From positions 1 to 64,000 of the IMG/VR virus record IMGVR_UViG_3300021976_000006: 64,000 nt of DNA; one strand, given 5' to 3'. Both the position numbers and the translations under genes were made by a program. Under the pieces are notes generated by a model. It saw only the letters and a list, made by a program, of their open reading frames with translations. It was not told where the DNA came from and did not search any database. Origin of the DNA: a virus. This document shows, one piece after another, positions 51,317 through 61,197 of this stretch. Each line of letters opens with the position of its first letter. Position 1 is the stretch's first letter.

Positions 51317-52384
51317 TTATTTACGTTTTGGAATAAATGATTTAAATGCATCAAAATTACTCTCTTCTTTTGGATCACTTGAACTTTTACCACCTTTAAC
51401 AGTTGTTTCATTATTCTTTAATGTCCAATTCAGTTTTTTAGTTAATGCTGTAGCTCCTGCTTTTTTAGCTGAACTAAAATCATATTTTTTATACTTAAGA
51501 TAAGCTAACTCTAATTGTATTTTAACTGGATCTGCTTGATATTCTCTTTCATAATCTGTTAAACCATCTTTGCCTCTTACTAATAGATATTTCCTAAAAG
51601 CATCTTTCTCTGCTTTAGTAACATCTAATCCTGCTAGACTTTCTGAACTATCAATTGTATTACTAACTGTATGAATATATTGATTATACTGTTCTTTTTG
51701 TGCTTCTGCTTGAAGCTCTTGATTCTTTAATAGAATCTCAGTTTGTTTCTCAAAAGCTTTTTCTAATTGCTTAGCAGCAATCTTAGATTGTTTATCAAGT
51801 ATCAAACCATCTTTATAATCAGTTACGGTTTCTTTAATTTCTTCAGCAGTATAATTTTGAAGTTTTAGATACTCAGTTAATACTCTTTCTTGATCTGCTT
51901 CAGAATCTAAATCTAATGTATTTAAATCTAGTGGTTTCTGAAGAGTTTCAAGATATTTATTAATATCACCACCTTTCTCTAGATAATCTAAGAATTGTCT
52001 TCCTTGTTCAGGAATTGATTCTTTGTATTGATTAATACCTGTTTCAATTGTTTTCTTAACTGATTCATATACTACATCAACATTATCTGGAATATCTTCT
52101 TTATCCTCAAAAGTTACTAAACCTTCATCACTTAAATGTGATAGAAAAGCTTTATAAGAAAATGCTGGAATCTCATCATCTGATTCTTCCTCTTCTGACT
52201 CTTCTTGATTTTCTTTCTCTTCTTCTTTTTCCTCTACTGGTGGTACAAAAGTATCATCTGTCTCTATACCATCTAAAGTATTGATAGTTTCAATTCCATC
52301 ATCAGTTCCATCATTAATAATTTGAGATTCTTGTTCTTCAAATCCATCTAGGAAACTACTTGTTTCGTTTATTGTTTCTAACAT
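51317..52384 (-). CDS. Scaffold-like protein
   Basis: Acidic N-terminus, coiled coil; between portal and MCP. Confidence 0.65.
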   Translation of the reverse strand: MLETINETSSFLDGFEEQESQIINDGTDDGIETINTLDGIETDDTFVPPVEEKEEEKENQEESEEEESDDEIPAFSYKAFLSHLSDEGLVTFEDKEDIPDNVDVVYESVKKTIETGINQYKESIPEQGRQFLDYLEKGGDINKYLETLQKPLDLNTLDLDSEADQERVLTEYLKLQNYTAEEIKETVTDYKDGLILDKQSKIAAKQLEKAFEKQTEILLKNQELQAEAQKEQYNQYIHTVSNTIDSSESLAGLDVTKAEKDAFRKYLLVRGKDGLTDYEREYQADPVKIQLELAYLKYKKYDFSSAKKAGATALTKKLNWTLKNNETTVKGGKSSSDPKEESNFDAFKSFIPKRK

Positions 52385-52388
52385 AGTG

Positions 52389-52396
52389 CAAAATTA
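52389..52396 (-). promoter_or_regulatory. -7 promoter box of scaffold/MCP unit
   Basis: TAATTTTG 4 nt before ATG; -33 box degenerate. Confidence 0.55.
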
Positions 52397-52463
52397 CTAT
52401 TTATTTTTTAATATAAAAAATTTTATTACTCTTTTTATTTATTTGTTAATATTTCTATAGCTT

Positions 52464-54833
52464 TTATGAAGATTTAGGTTTTGACCTAGCTTTAATTTTA
52501 TCTGCTGCTATCTTTTTTTCAGCTATTTCTTTATCATTTTTCATTTTCTCACGCTCAACTTGAAGTTTTCTATTTTCAAGATCCATTTTATCTGAGTGTT
52601 CAGCTGCCGCTTGATCTAATTTATCATATTCTACAATATCTGGAATACCATTATTATCAGTATCTTCAGTAGCACTATTATTAACACCACCAAAGGTTTT
52701 AATATATGTGATCTCTTTATTAATATCACCTTTAATAACTTCACGATTATCCAAACGATCTTGTAGATCAGATTGCATTTTAGCTTGAGCTTCCAACATC
52801 TGTTGTTGTAGAGCTTGTGCTTGTTGTCCTTCTTCTTGTCTTTGTGCATCTGCTCTTGCTTCAGCTCTTTTAACAGTATTTTTAATATCTGCCACTGAAT
52901 CAGAATCAAATATAGCTACTAACTCTGTAAGTGATATAATACCTGAAGCTACTGCTTGTTGAGCAATCATCTTAAGATCTTCTAGAACTTTAACTTCTTT
53001 AGAAGTATTAGTAACAAAGACACCATAATCAGCATTTCTAAAATCATCACTGATTTCTAAAAATACTCTTGTCATATCATCACCAATATAATTTATCTTT
53101 TTACCTTCTGGTAATGCTACTTTAGCACATTCTATAAGTTGAGTAAGTACGTGCTTCTTAACTTCATTATGTACATAGAATAAAGGCTCTGTAATATGAG
53201 AAGATTGTACTACTGACCTTTCTACTCCACCAACTGTTTCAGATGAACTAATAGCTCCCTGACGTTGTTTAGATACACCTATCAATGAATCACATTGATC
53301 TTCTATCTTATTTAATATCATTAGATACTGACCTACTGATTGAGATAAACTCATATCAACAGCTGTAAATTGATTAAATTGGGAAGTCTGTCCTTGGAAT
53401 TTACCTTTACCTTCTTCAAATGAATTAATAAAAGCAATACCCATACTATCAAAATAGTACATCCATTTCTCAAGATCAATACCTTGTGATCGTGGTATCT
53501 GAGCTAAATCCATTACCATTTTTTTACCTTTGGCTTTAGCTATCTCAAACTCCATACGATACATTATAATGTTATATAGATACTGATGATGTTTAACTAG
53601 ATCAACTAATGATGTAGCTTCTGAATTTCTTCCATTATATACAGTACCAACATATCCAAGTTTACATTGTGAAGGATTATCGATACTTCTGTATTGTACA
53701 GATTTAGGTCTAATCCTAACATAGATGTCTCCACCTATTTTAGTACCTTCCCATACTTCATTAATCCATACCCAGTTAACTGTTTCACCTCTATCTTCTT
53801 GAACCTTATATGTTTCATCTACAATAGTTTCTTGTTCTTCTAAGTTATCATCATAATAACATAAGAATCCAATCTTACGTAGAGATTTCCATTCAACTCT
53901 AATTACAGGAATATAATTAGCCATTGAACTTTGATTCTGATTAGATGGTGCTGTATAAGTAATATCGATTTTACCATCAGAAGGATCTAATCCTAAATTA
54001 GTAGATCTGAAACTATTAGTTTCTATTTGATCTACTTCTCCTGGTGTTAAGTCATCGTAATAACTATCAATAACCTCAGAGCATGTACAGTACTTAGTAT
54101 GTGCAGCCCATTGACCGTCTTGTATATAATCTAAATCTGGATTTTTATCATATCTAAAATCTAATGGATTTACTACTTCAACTATTGGAGACGATGATTC
54201 TATACCAACATAATAGTATTCTTTAGCTGATATACATAAGTCTTTAAATCCTTTATTAAATTTATATAATAGGTTTTGTTCAGGTATCAAGTACTTAGCA
54301 ATCTTATTAGCTACTGACTCTCTTACATCAGCATCAGAGTAAGTCATATACTTCTCAATTTCTTCAGGAGTCATAGCTTGCTCAGGATTCTCAATATTTA
54401 CACCTTGTTGCATTAAATCACCAACTAACTCTGATTCTAAATACTGTAATAAAAGTTCTTTACGCTTTTCTTGTATTTGAGATACAGCTTCTGAATTAAC
54501 AGCCGCTACTCTAAAGTTAAATGGTCTTTTAATTTCTTCACCTTCTAATAGTTTAATCTTAGAAGTTATAATATTATAGTTATTTAAACGGGCAGGAAAC
54601 TCATCTGCAAATCCATATGGATTAGTAACATAAGCAAAGTCCTTCTTATCTATAATATTGTTATACAAATCATAGTTAATTCTATCTTTAGCAAATAGAG
54701 CTGTATTAGTAACTCCTGCCATTCTGATAACATTTTCTACATTCTGTATTCCCCAGTCTTTATTTTTCTTTGATCTAGCGATCTTCTGTCTAGGTGATAA
54801 ATTATCACTGGGTATTAAAACTGAATTCGTCAT
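52464..54833 (-). CDS. Portal protein
   Basis: NYNII...LLEGEE..RP, NEVWEG, SLVD...QYLYN, GVSKQRQG; follows TerL. Confidence 0.88.
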   Translation of the reverse strand: MTNSVLIPSDNLSPRQKIARSKKNKDWGIQNVENVIRMAGVTNTALFAKDRINYDLYNNIIDKKDFAYVTNPYGFADEFPARLNNYNIITSKIKLLEGEEIKRPFNFRVAAVNSEAVSQIQEKRKELLLQYLESELVGDLMQQGVNIENPEQAMTPEEIEKYMTYSDADVRESVANKIAKYLIPEQNLLYKFNKGFKDLCISAKEYYYVGIESSSPIVEVVNPLDFRYDKNPDLDYIQDGQWAAHTKYCTCSEVIDSYYDDLTPGEVDQIETNSFRSTNLGLDPSDGKIDITYTAPSNQNQSSMANYIPVIRVEWKSLRKIGFLCYYDDNLEEQETIVDETYKVQEDRGETVNWVWINEVWEGTKIGGDIYVRIRPKSVQYRSIDNPSQCKLGYVGTVYNGRNSEATSLVDLVKHHQYLYNIIMYRMEFEIAKAKGKKMVMDLAQIPRSQGIDLEKWMYYFDSMGIAFINSFEEGKGKFQGQTSQFNQFTAVDMSLSQSVGQYLMILNKIEDQCDSLIGVSKQRQGAISSSETVGGVERSVVQSSHITEPLFYVHNEVKKHVLTQLIECAKVALPEGKKINYIGDDMTRVFLEISDDFRNADYGVFVTNTSKEVKVLEDLKMIAQQAVASGIISLTELVAIFDSDSVADIKNTVKRAEARADAQRQEEGQQAQALQQQMLEAQAKMQSDLQDRLDNREVIKGDINKEITYIKTFGGVNNSATEDTDNNGIPDIVEYDKLDQAAAEHSDKMDLENRKLQVEREKMKNDKEIAEKKIAADKIKARSKPKSS

Positions 54834-54857
54834 TTGTAATTAATTATTTTGTGAAAT

Positions 54858-57029
54858 CTAAACAAATAGTTTCTTTGTAAAGAATTTATCCATTGATGAT
54901 TCTTCTTGTGCTTCTTCAACTGTTATATTATGCATCTCTACAGCTTGTAGTATACATAAGGCAAATGATATAAATCTATCAAAGTTACCTTCATCATTGT
55001 AAGCTATCAACTCTGTTAATAAAGGAATTGATAATATCTTAGTAAGTTGTAGAATACCTGGCTCTATTTCTTCTTTAAGCCAATCTCTCATCTTAATTTC
55101 TAAATCATCTTTAATCTGTTTACTCATATGAATACCATAACCACGTTCTACCTTACTAGAAGGAGATATTGATTTAATAATATTAGGTTGAGTATGCAAT
55201 AAATGTAAACAATTTCTTGTTTGAAAATATTGTTTTAATCCTGTATTTTGATTTTCATATAATGCTCTACATTGATACCATTCTAATAATCTCCTACATT
55301 GTTCATAGAAGTCATTAGCAAAATCAGGTCTACCAGTATATTCTGCAACTGGTAAATTATATGTTTGTCCTGAGTGTACAAATCTTTTGTATATGAAGAT
55401 AGAACCATATGAAACAGAGTTCTCTGCTTTATCTTGATCATAAGGGTCAATCCCTGCAATATATTGTCCATAACCAATAGTCTCTGTAGGTTCTTCCCAC
55501 ACAACTACTGCTCCTTTAGGATCTACTGATTTATTAGTAGGATATGTAGCAGGTATTAAATCTTCACCTTTAAAGTAAGCTTTACCATCTGATGAACTTC
55601 TATACATCCATCCTGGAGTACCAAGTGATTTCTTTCTCTCTGTTGACTCTAAACTAGCAAGATGCTCCTTTAGTTCTGCTACAGGAAATAAGTTACCTGT
55701 AAGTACTAAGAATGCTTCTGATGGAAGAACAGGTCTATTCTGTAACTCTGAATATAAAGGCTGTTTAGATTTACCATTAGCTAATTTCTCTCTTTCTTTT
55801 ACTAGATATTCCTTAGCAGCTTGTTCATTAGTAATTCCCTCTTCATCTTTGTACTGATTGAGTGTCTTCCACGCAGGTACAAAATAACCAATTTTTCCTT
55901 TATTCTCAAATTCATCATCAAAAACTAAACAGTCATATGCTTCAGGGTCATAGAATACTTTTTTAACAGCTTCTGTTGTACCACCTTCCATATCACCACC
56001 TGTACCAAACATCCATATAGTACCAAATTTCTCAGCACCATTTGCAGTACATTCTTTTAAAGCACCTAGAGCTGCCTCTAAGTTACCCATAAATCCTATC
56101 TCTTCTAAAGCAGTAAAACCAGGCCTTGTACCATTGGCTGCTAATGGATTATCTTTAAAAGATCTATGATAAATCATAGACTTACTTCCTTTTTTAATCC
56201 AAGTATCTCCTACTTTAGTTTCATACTCAGCAACAATAGTTTTACCTGATTGCCAAGTACCTGAGTATTTCTTTAACATTGGTGCTGGATAATATCTATC
56301 ACCCATCTCTACACCACCTGTAAGGTTCTCAAAACCTAATATAACTTTCTTAATTAAACCAGAGCTGTATTTAGTATCAATAGCACCAATAAGTGTTTCT
56401 GATTTTGGTTTAGCTCTTAAGTCATCATACCAAAATACTCCATCATGCAAAAAGTTCCAACCTATTAAGTTAGAACCAAAGAATGATTTACCTCCACCCC
56501 TAGATTCTATATCTACTACATTTCTAGCTTGGTTTTCCATAAGTGGTCTACCTAGATTACCTTCATGTATCTTCTGGAGATATTCTCTAGCTTCTACATA
56601 TTGTATCTCTTTAAACCTTCTACTGTTCTCTCTGATAAGTTCATAATCTGATTCAGTAGGACTTATAATCCTTTTGTTCTCAAACTCATCATAGAACATT
56701 GCAGAGTCTTTTAATTCTCTGTCACATGTATGGTAGTTATCATGTTCAAAGCCAGAGAATCCTCTAGCTTCTAAAAATAATCTACCTTTTTCCCATTCAA
56801 GATCTCTTAAGAAAGGATGGTCAATAACCTTCTGTTTAGAGTTCTTTCCTTTATTTAATTCAATCTTCCAATGGTTTATATATTGGTAAACTGGACCAGG
56901 CATATATTTACCCCCAACCCAGTATCCCTCTATACATCTTCGTCTTTCTTCTTTCCAGAAAGATCTATATTCCATAGATAAAGGATTTAATCTCTCTATC
57001 TGTGTTTTAAATAATGCGTTATTAATCAT
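54858..57029 (-). CDS. terL: Terminase large subunit
   Basis: SRGGGKS Walker A, EEIG Walker B, GTGG, AGIDPY RNase H motif, GNFDR. Confidence 0.93.
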   Translation of the reverse strand: MINNALFKTQIERLNPLSMEYRSFWKEERRRCIEGYWVGGKYMPGPVYQYINHWKIELNKGKNSKQKVIDHPFLRDLEWEKGRLFLEARGFSGFEHDNYHTCDRELKDSAMFYDEFENKRIISPTESDYELIRENSRRFKEIQYVEAREYLQKIHEGNLGRPLMENQARNVVDIESRGGGKSFFGSNLIGWNFLHDGVFWYDDLRAKPKSETLIGAIDTKYSSGLIKKVILGFENLTGGVEMGDRYYPAPMLKKYSGTWQSGKTIVAEYETKVGDTWIKKGSKSMIYHRSFKDNPLAANGTRPGFTALEEIGFMGNLEAALGALKECTANGAEKFGTIWMFGTGGDMEGGTTEAVKKVFYDPEAYDCLVFDDEFENKGKIGYFVPAWKTLNQYKDEEGITNEQAAKEYLVKEREKLANGKSKQPLYSELQNRPVLPSEAFLVLTGNLFPVAELKEHLASLESTERKKSLGTPGWMYRSSSDGKAYFKGEDLIPATYPTNKSVDPKGAVVVWEEPTETIGYGQYIAGIDPYDQDKAENSVSYGSIFIYKRFVHSGQTYNLPVAEYTGRPDFANDFYEQCRRLLEWYQCRALYENQNTGLKQYFQTRNCLHLLHTQPNIIKSISPSSKVERGYGIHMSKQIKDDLEIKMRDWLKEEIEPGILQLTKILSIPLLTELIAYNDEGNFDRFISFALCILQAVEMHNITVEEAQEESSMDKFFTKKLFV

Positions 57030-57279
57030 AGTTTATATTCTTTCCAAAGTCTTCAATGTCTACAACTTTTCCTGCTTTACTCATTATTGCTTGTAAATGC
57101 TGTTCTATATATTCAGAACAAAAAGTTTCAATCATTGCTAACCCTAGATTAGCATCATCTAATCTATTCTTTAATAGTTTTAAATCAGCTTCTTTTGTAT
57201 ATATTTCATTCTTTAATAATCTAATTTGTGTATTTAAACTATCTCTAAATCGAACTATATCTTCATGTGTATATTCCAT
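57022..57279 (-). CDS. Hypothetical coiled-coil protein
   Basis: Operon-packed ORF. Confidence 0.6.
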   Translation of the reverse strand: MEYTHEDIVRFRDSLNTQIRLLKNEIYTKEADLKLLKNRLDDANLGLAMIETFCSEYIEQHLQAIMSKAGKVVDIEDFGKNINYD

Positions 57280-57282
57280 ATA

Positions 57283-57807
57283 TTATATTTCTTCACTATC
57301 AGCTAATGAAGGTTGAGCATTACTCTTAGTAGTACCTTGTCCTTCTTGTTTATCCATAGCAGCTTGTAGTTTATCAAAGGTAGCAAGTAGAGCTGAAGTA
57401 TTAGCAGCCATCTTATCTAACTTATCATAATTATCTATATCATAATCCATCTTTCTAAGGAAGTTAGTTCTCTTCTCTATAGTTTCTACCCATTGTCTAT
57501 AATGACGCCTAAAAGCAGTATCTGATATAGACTCCCATCTAGTTATTGCACCAGATATCTTTATCTTATTATTCTTATAAAAGTCTTTATCTTTCAAATA
57601 ATCTTTACCAAGAAGTTCTGTTTTATCTTTCTCAGGCATATTAAAGAATTTAGAACCAGTATCAAAAGCTAATACTATAAACCACATCACATCTGATGAA
57701 TTGGTATAGTCTTTCTGTAATTTCTTAAACTCTTCTACTTTCTTTAAATCTGGATATAGTTTCCAGAAGTTAAATTCTGGATCTATTGTATGTAGTATTT
57801 TACTCAT
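57283..57807 (-). CDS. Hypothetical protein (possible terminase small subunit)
   Basis: Helical, C-terminal coiled coil, near terL; function inferred from position only. Confidence 0.45.
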   Translation of the reverse strand: MSKILHTIDPEFNFWKLYPDLKKVEEFKKLQKDYTNSSDVMWFIVLAFDTGSKFFNMPEKDKTELLGKDYLKDKDFYKNNKIKISGAITRWESISDTAFRRHYRQWVETIEKRTNFLRKMDYDIDNYDKLDKMAANTSALLATFDKLQAAMDKQEGQGTTKSNAQPSLADSEEI

Positions 57808-58039
57808 CCTTTTTAATCATTGAATATTTATCAAAGAATAATCTTATTAATAATCCCATATCTTCTGGGTTACCAGTATATTTATTATCTTTATTATATA
57901 TTAGAGAAGGTCCAATTTTAGTATAAGCTGTTTCTTCTTTGATAGGATTCATGTAAACTATTTTTAATTCAGCTTCATCTGGTAATTCTTCTATAACTTC
58001 TCTTAAATGACCTATTGTCATATATTTGTATTTACTCAT
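57800..58039 (-). CDS. Hypothetical protein
   Basis: Overlapping ORF. Confidence 0.6.
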   Translation of the reverse strand: MSKYKYMTIGHLREVIEELPDEAELKIVYMNPIKEETAYTKIGPSLIYNKDNKYTGNPEDMGLLIRLFFDKYSMIKKDE

Positions 58040-58040
58040 A

Positions 58041-58370
58041 TTAATAAAATTTGAATCCTACTGATTTGTTAATTGTATTATTAGTATTAAAGACAATAGG
58101 ATCAATATCTCTATACCTACCTAATACTACAATAGGATCTCTATTTCTAACACCAATCTCAGTTCTTTGTCTTCTGACATTACCTTTACTATTAAATACT
58201 TCTCTGACGTATGCAATATCATATTTCCATACTTTCTCTTTAGTTTTAACAGCTCTTTTAACTAAGTGGTATTCATCATTATCTCCTTTGTCATATACAT
58301 CACTAACTGAATAAAATTCTATGTAGTCTGTATTTTTATATTTGGAGAAATCATACTCTTTGTTTATCAT
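58041..58370 (-). CDS. Hypothetical protein
   Basis: Operon-packed ORF. Confidence 0.6.
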   Translation of the reverse strand: MINKEYDFSKYKNTDYIEFYSVSDVYDKGDNDEYHLVKRAVKTKEKVWKYDIAYVREVFNSKGNVRRQRTEIGVRNRDPIVVLGRYRDIDPIVFNTNNTINKSVGFKFY

Positions 58371-58551
58371 CTAATCTCTTAATAGCATTAGGTTTAACGG
58401 CAAACTTTCCCCAGTAGTGTAGATGAACAGATTGAAATTCACCTGCTTGCATAGTTTCAGCTACAAACTTAAACTCTGTTCTAACAGCTTTTTCTACAAT
58501 CTCTTCATCTATACCTAATCTACCAGCGATTATCTTTATAATATTATTCAT
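58351..58551 (-). CDS. HU-like DNA-binding protein
   Basis: IIAGRLGI...SVHLHYWGKFAVK. Confidence 0.7.
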   Translation of the reverse strand: MNNIIKIIAGRLGIDEEIVEKAVRTEFKFVAETMQAGEFQSVHLHYWGKFAVKPNAIKRLDDKQRV

Positions 58552-58951
58552 CTATTTTATCTATAGTATTAATATCAGTAGATACTTCCATTACTCTAGA
58601 TGTATTTCTCTTAGTGGTTTCTTCTACATTAATATCTTCAATAGGTTGACCATCAGTTACATATTCATAAATATCTCTTTTACATTTAACTAGAAAGTCT
58701 TTTAACTCACTAAAACCAGTATCTCCTAAATGTGTAACAGGATAAGTAATTCTTTCTCCTGAATCAACTTGTTTAAAAGATTTCCAAAGAATCTTATTAT
58801 TAATTCTTTTAGTATATTCATTATATCCTATATAAAGAAAATCTGTTTCATTAATTGGATATATCAGGGTATCATATTTTTTATCATACATAGATGATCT
58901 TTTACTAGGTTTAAAACCTAAAGAGATCATTTGCTGAGTAGTAAGAGCCAT
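58544..58951 (-). CDS. Hypothetical protein
   Basis: Operon-packed ORF. Confidence 0.6.
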   Translation of the reverse strand: MALTTQQMISLGFKPSKRSSMYDKKYDTLIYPINETDFLYIGYNEYTKRINNKILWKSFKQVDSGERITYPVTHLGDTGFSELKDFLVKCKRDIYEYVTDGQPIEDINVEETTKRNTSRVMEVSTDINTIDKIDE

Positions 58952-58952
58952 A

Positions 58953-59138
58953 TTATTCTTGTATTAAGTTAATGCTTAAGTAAAATCTATTATCTTTTGA
59001 TACTGTTACTGTACTCTCATACTTATTAGCAATACCTTTCTCTTCTATATATTGTTCTATTCTATCTTCAATAATATGTTGACGTTCTATCAACTCTTCC
59101 ATGGAATCATAAGAGGTTCCAATTGTATCTATAATCAT
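58953..59138 (-). CDS. Hypothetical protein
   Basis: Operon-packed ORF. Confidence 0.55.
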   Translation of the reverse strand: MIIDTIGTSYDSMEELIERQHIIEDRIEQYIEEKGIANKYESTVTVSKDNRFYLSINLIQE

Positions 59139-59140
59139 AT

Positions 59141-59515
59141 TTATAATTCTATTTTGAAACTAACTATATATGTACTATCAGTATCAGGTACATATACTCT
59201 AGGATGTACAATTTGAATATTATCTATCTTAGTTACGTAGTTTTTATCTCTAAGAGATTTCATAATGTTATTCAAATTGAAAGAAGAAATACCTAATGTG
59301 GTTCTAATCTCTTCTCTTGATAATGAACTAAATATCATCTTAGATAGTTTATTATCTGCATAACCTTCTTTAGTATATTTAGATTGTAGTTTACATAACT
59401 CTGTAAGTACATCTAGTTCTCTATTAGTTAGATTCATATGACCATTTAAGGTCTTTAAATAAACTTTGTAGAAATCTTTTAATTCTACTTTCCTTCTTAA
59501 TATTTTTTCATTCAT
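59141..59515 (-). CDS. Winged-HTH DNA-binding protein
   Basis: LTNRELDVL...REEIRTTLGISSFNLNNIMKSLRDK. Confidence 0.65.
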   Translation of the reverse strand: MNEKILRRKVELKDFYKVYLKTLNGHMNLTNRELDVLTELCKLQSKYTKEGYADNKLSKMIFSSLSREEIRTTLGISSFNLNNIMKSLRDKNYVTKIDNIQIVHPRVYVPDTDSTYIVSFKIEL

Positions 59516-59531
59516 AATTTAATATTTTAAA

Positions 59532-59660
59532 ACTAATTGTTTAAAGGTACAATTAGTAAAACCGGATGACCCCTAGCAGGATCATAGAGAAGACTAACTC
59601 TACTGATGTGATTACATCCCTTCTGTCTTTTTTAGGTGGGTTGAGTAGACTAACTCAACA
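59532..59660 (-). ncRNA. Candidate multi-hairpin structured RNA downstream of tRNA
   Basis: Five hairpins, two sharing GAG-UUAGUCUW-CUC. Confidence 0.5.
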
Positions 59661-59680
59661 AAATTTAAAGTCCTTTTAGG

Positions 59681-59753
59681 TAGCGGGTAGTGGATCTGCA
59701 CCACTGATCTCCGGGTAATGAGCCCAGCGAGATAACTACTTCTCTAACCCGCA
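59681..59753 (-). tRNA. tRNA-Met(CAT), initiator type, atypical; CCA not encoded
   Basis: Full cloverleaf; U1:U72 mismatch, A11:U24, GGG/CCC anticodon-stem pairs. Confidence 0.85.
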
Positions 59754-59822
59754 CTATATTTTAAAACTAATACCTCATTTGTGGCTACTCACTTGTTAGG
59801 GCTCGAGTATTAGTTTTATATT

Positions 59823-60011
59823 TTAAAGTATATTAATTAATTCAGCTAATTTAACTTCAGCTTGATCTCTTAGTTTACCTTGAAGAATACCTTGTTGTAA
59901 AGGTTGTATTTGTACTTTCTCTCCAATAACTTCAGTAGACTTAAACTGTGGTACCATTACCATTGTACCTAAAGCTTTAATTAATATTTCTATCTTGTGT
60001 CCTGTTTCCAT
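59823..60011 (-). CDS. Hypothetical protein
   Basis: ORF just downstream of a promoter. Confidence 0.6.
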   Translation of the reverse strand: METGHKIEILIKALGTMVMVPQFKSTEVIGEKVQIQPLQQGILQGKLRDQAEVKLAELINIL

Positions 60012-60030
60012 AACTTAATTTATTATCCTA

Positions 60031-60062
60031 CAAAGATAAGTAAAAAAAATGAGAAAAACAAG
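60031..60062 (-). promoter_or_regulatory. Bacteroidota promoter
   Basis: CTTG-N20-TATCTTTG. Confidence 0.75.
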
Positions 60063-60085
60063 TTTTCTCACAATTATTTTTTTTA

Positions 60086-60442
60086 TTATTTTAATTTATA
60101 TTGTTTTATTAACTTCTGTAATTCAATATCAAGATGATAATAATGTTTAGAGTTAAACCTAACTATTTTAATACCATTGTTTCTACAGAAGATATTTTTG
60201 ATATTATCATTAGTTTTATTCCTATGATATAACTTACCATCATATTCTAATATTAAATTAGACTGAGGAAAGAAGAAATCATATCTATAATATCCTCCTT
60301 TAGGTGATGTAAAGCCTTTAAAGCTTACTTCTCTTTCGTACTTGATGTTATTCTTATTAAGAAAGTAAATGATTAAATCTTCAGCTTTAGAAGGTTCTAC
60401 ATTAGTAGTAAAGTATTGTAATTTAGACTTCTTTATCTTCAT
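60086..60442 (-). CDS. DUF559/Vsr-like endonuclease
   Basis: SKAE, YDFF, LEYDGKLYH, D..K..FC..NGIKIVR. Confidence 0.8.
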   Translation of the reverse strand: MKIKKSKLQYFTTNVEPSKAEDLIIYFLNKNNIKYEREVSFKGFTSPKGGYYRYDFFFPQSNLILEYDGKLYHRNKTNDNIKNIFCRNNGIKIVRFNSKHYYHLDIELQKLIKQYKLK

Positions 60443-60974
60443 ACTTTTCTATAACTTCATTTAACTTAGTAACATCTTTATTATCAACAGCATCTTTAAT
60501 ACTTAACCAGAACTCTAATTGAAGAGTTGCTTCTTCCCACATTAAACTCCATTGTTCTGATGATATTTGATTGTCTTCCATATTATTTATAATTTTGATA
60601 ACTTAACTCTTTAACCCAGTTTGTATTATCAAGATAATAAAGTTTACCATCAATATTAATTACAATTGTATTATTCTCCATCTTCTTTAACTTCCATATT
60701 AATATTCTTAGCTTTTAAAGCTTTTCTGAATTCTCTAAGGAATTCTTCACCAGCAGGTAGATTACTATAGTCTTCAAAGTTCTTAACTAGTTCTCGTAGC
60801 TTAATAGTCTTTCTTAGTGCACTTTTATTTTTTATCATATTAATTATTTTGTTCCCAGTCTGTAAACTTTACTGTTTTATATTTGCTTGCCCATGTACCT
60901 TTCTTTCTTTTAGAAACTTGTACTGTACCAAATTGTTTTCTTATACCTAATTTTTTAAAATACTTTTTTGCCAT
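60423..60974 (-). CDS. Four tiny coupled ORFs (60840-60974, 60671-60838, 60583-60681, 60423-60581)
   Basis: Translated manually; abutting or overlapping start and stop codons; the first is very basic. Confidence 0.5.
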
Positions 60975-61019
60975 AGTTTTATGAATATAAAATAGTTTAT
61001 AATTTTATTCATTTATTAA

Positions 61020-61195
61020 TTAACATGTCCTTAGGACATAGAGAGGTTTCCTGCAAGAATCTCTTCTTACATTCTCCTTGGCTTACATATTGATTGAAGT
61101 CGTCATACCTCTCAAAACCCGTTAATACTGGAGAGTGCTTATACCCATCTTTTATCCAGTCAACAATCACTATTGTAAGTTGCTTAAACTCATGA
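61020..61195 (-). ncRNA. Candidate pseudoknotted structured RNA
   Basis: Own promoter; several 6-8 bp helices, GAGA tetraloop, 7 bp pseudoknot. Confidence 0.6.
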
Positions 61196-61197
61196 TA

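Noticed and set aside
5937-58314. Antisense or nested track ORFs (5937, 8982, 10737, 26997, 30685, 34229, 39516, 42218, 46958, 47916, 52631, 55283, 57056, 58051)
   Set aside because: Shadows of well-supported genes, with no motifs of their own
59600-59680. tRNA-associated theta (HDV-like) or hammerhead ribozyme
   Set aside because: No G-initiated HDV fold at the tRNA 3' end, and CTGATGTG is not the CUGAUGA core
61020-61195. SAM-I/IV riboswitch, glmS ribozyme or group I intron identity
   Set aside because: Topology is loosely similar but the conserved cores (GCAAC/GGUGC, AGCGCC, P7 AGUC) are not in place
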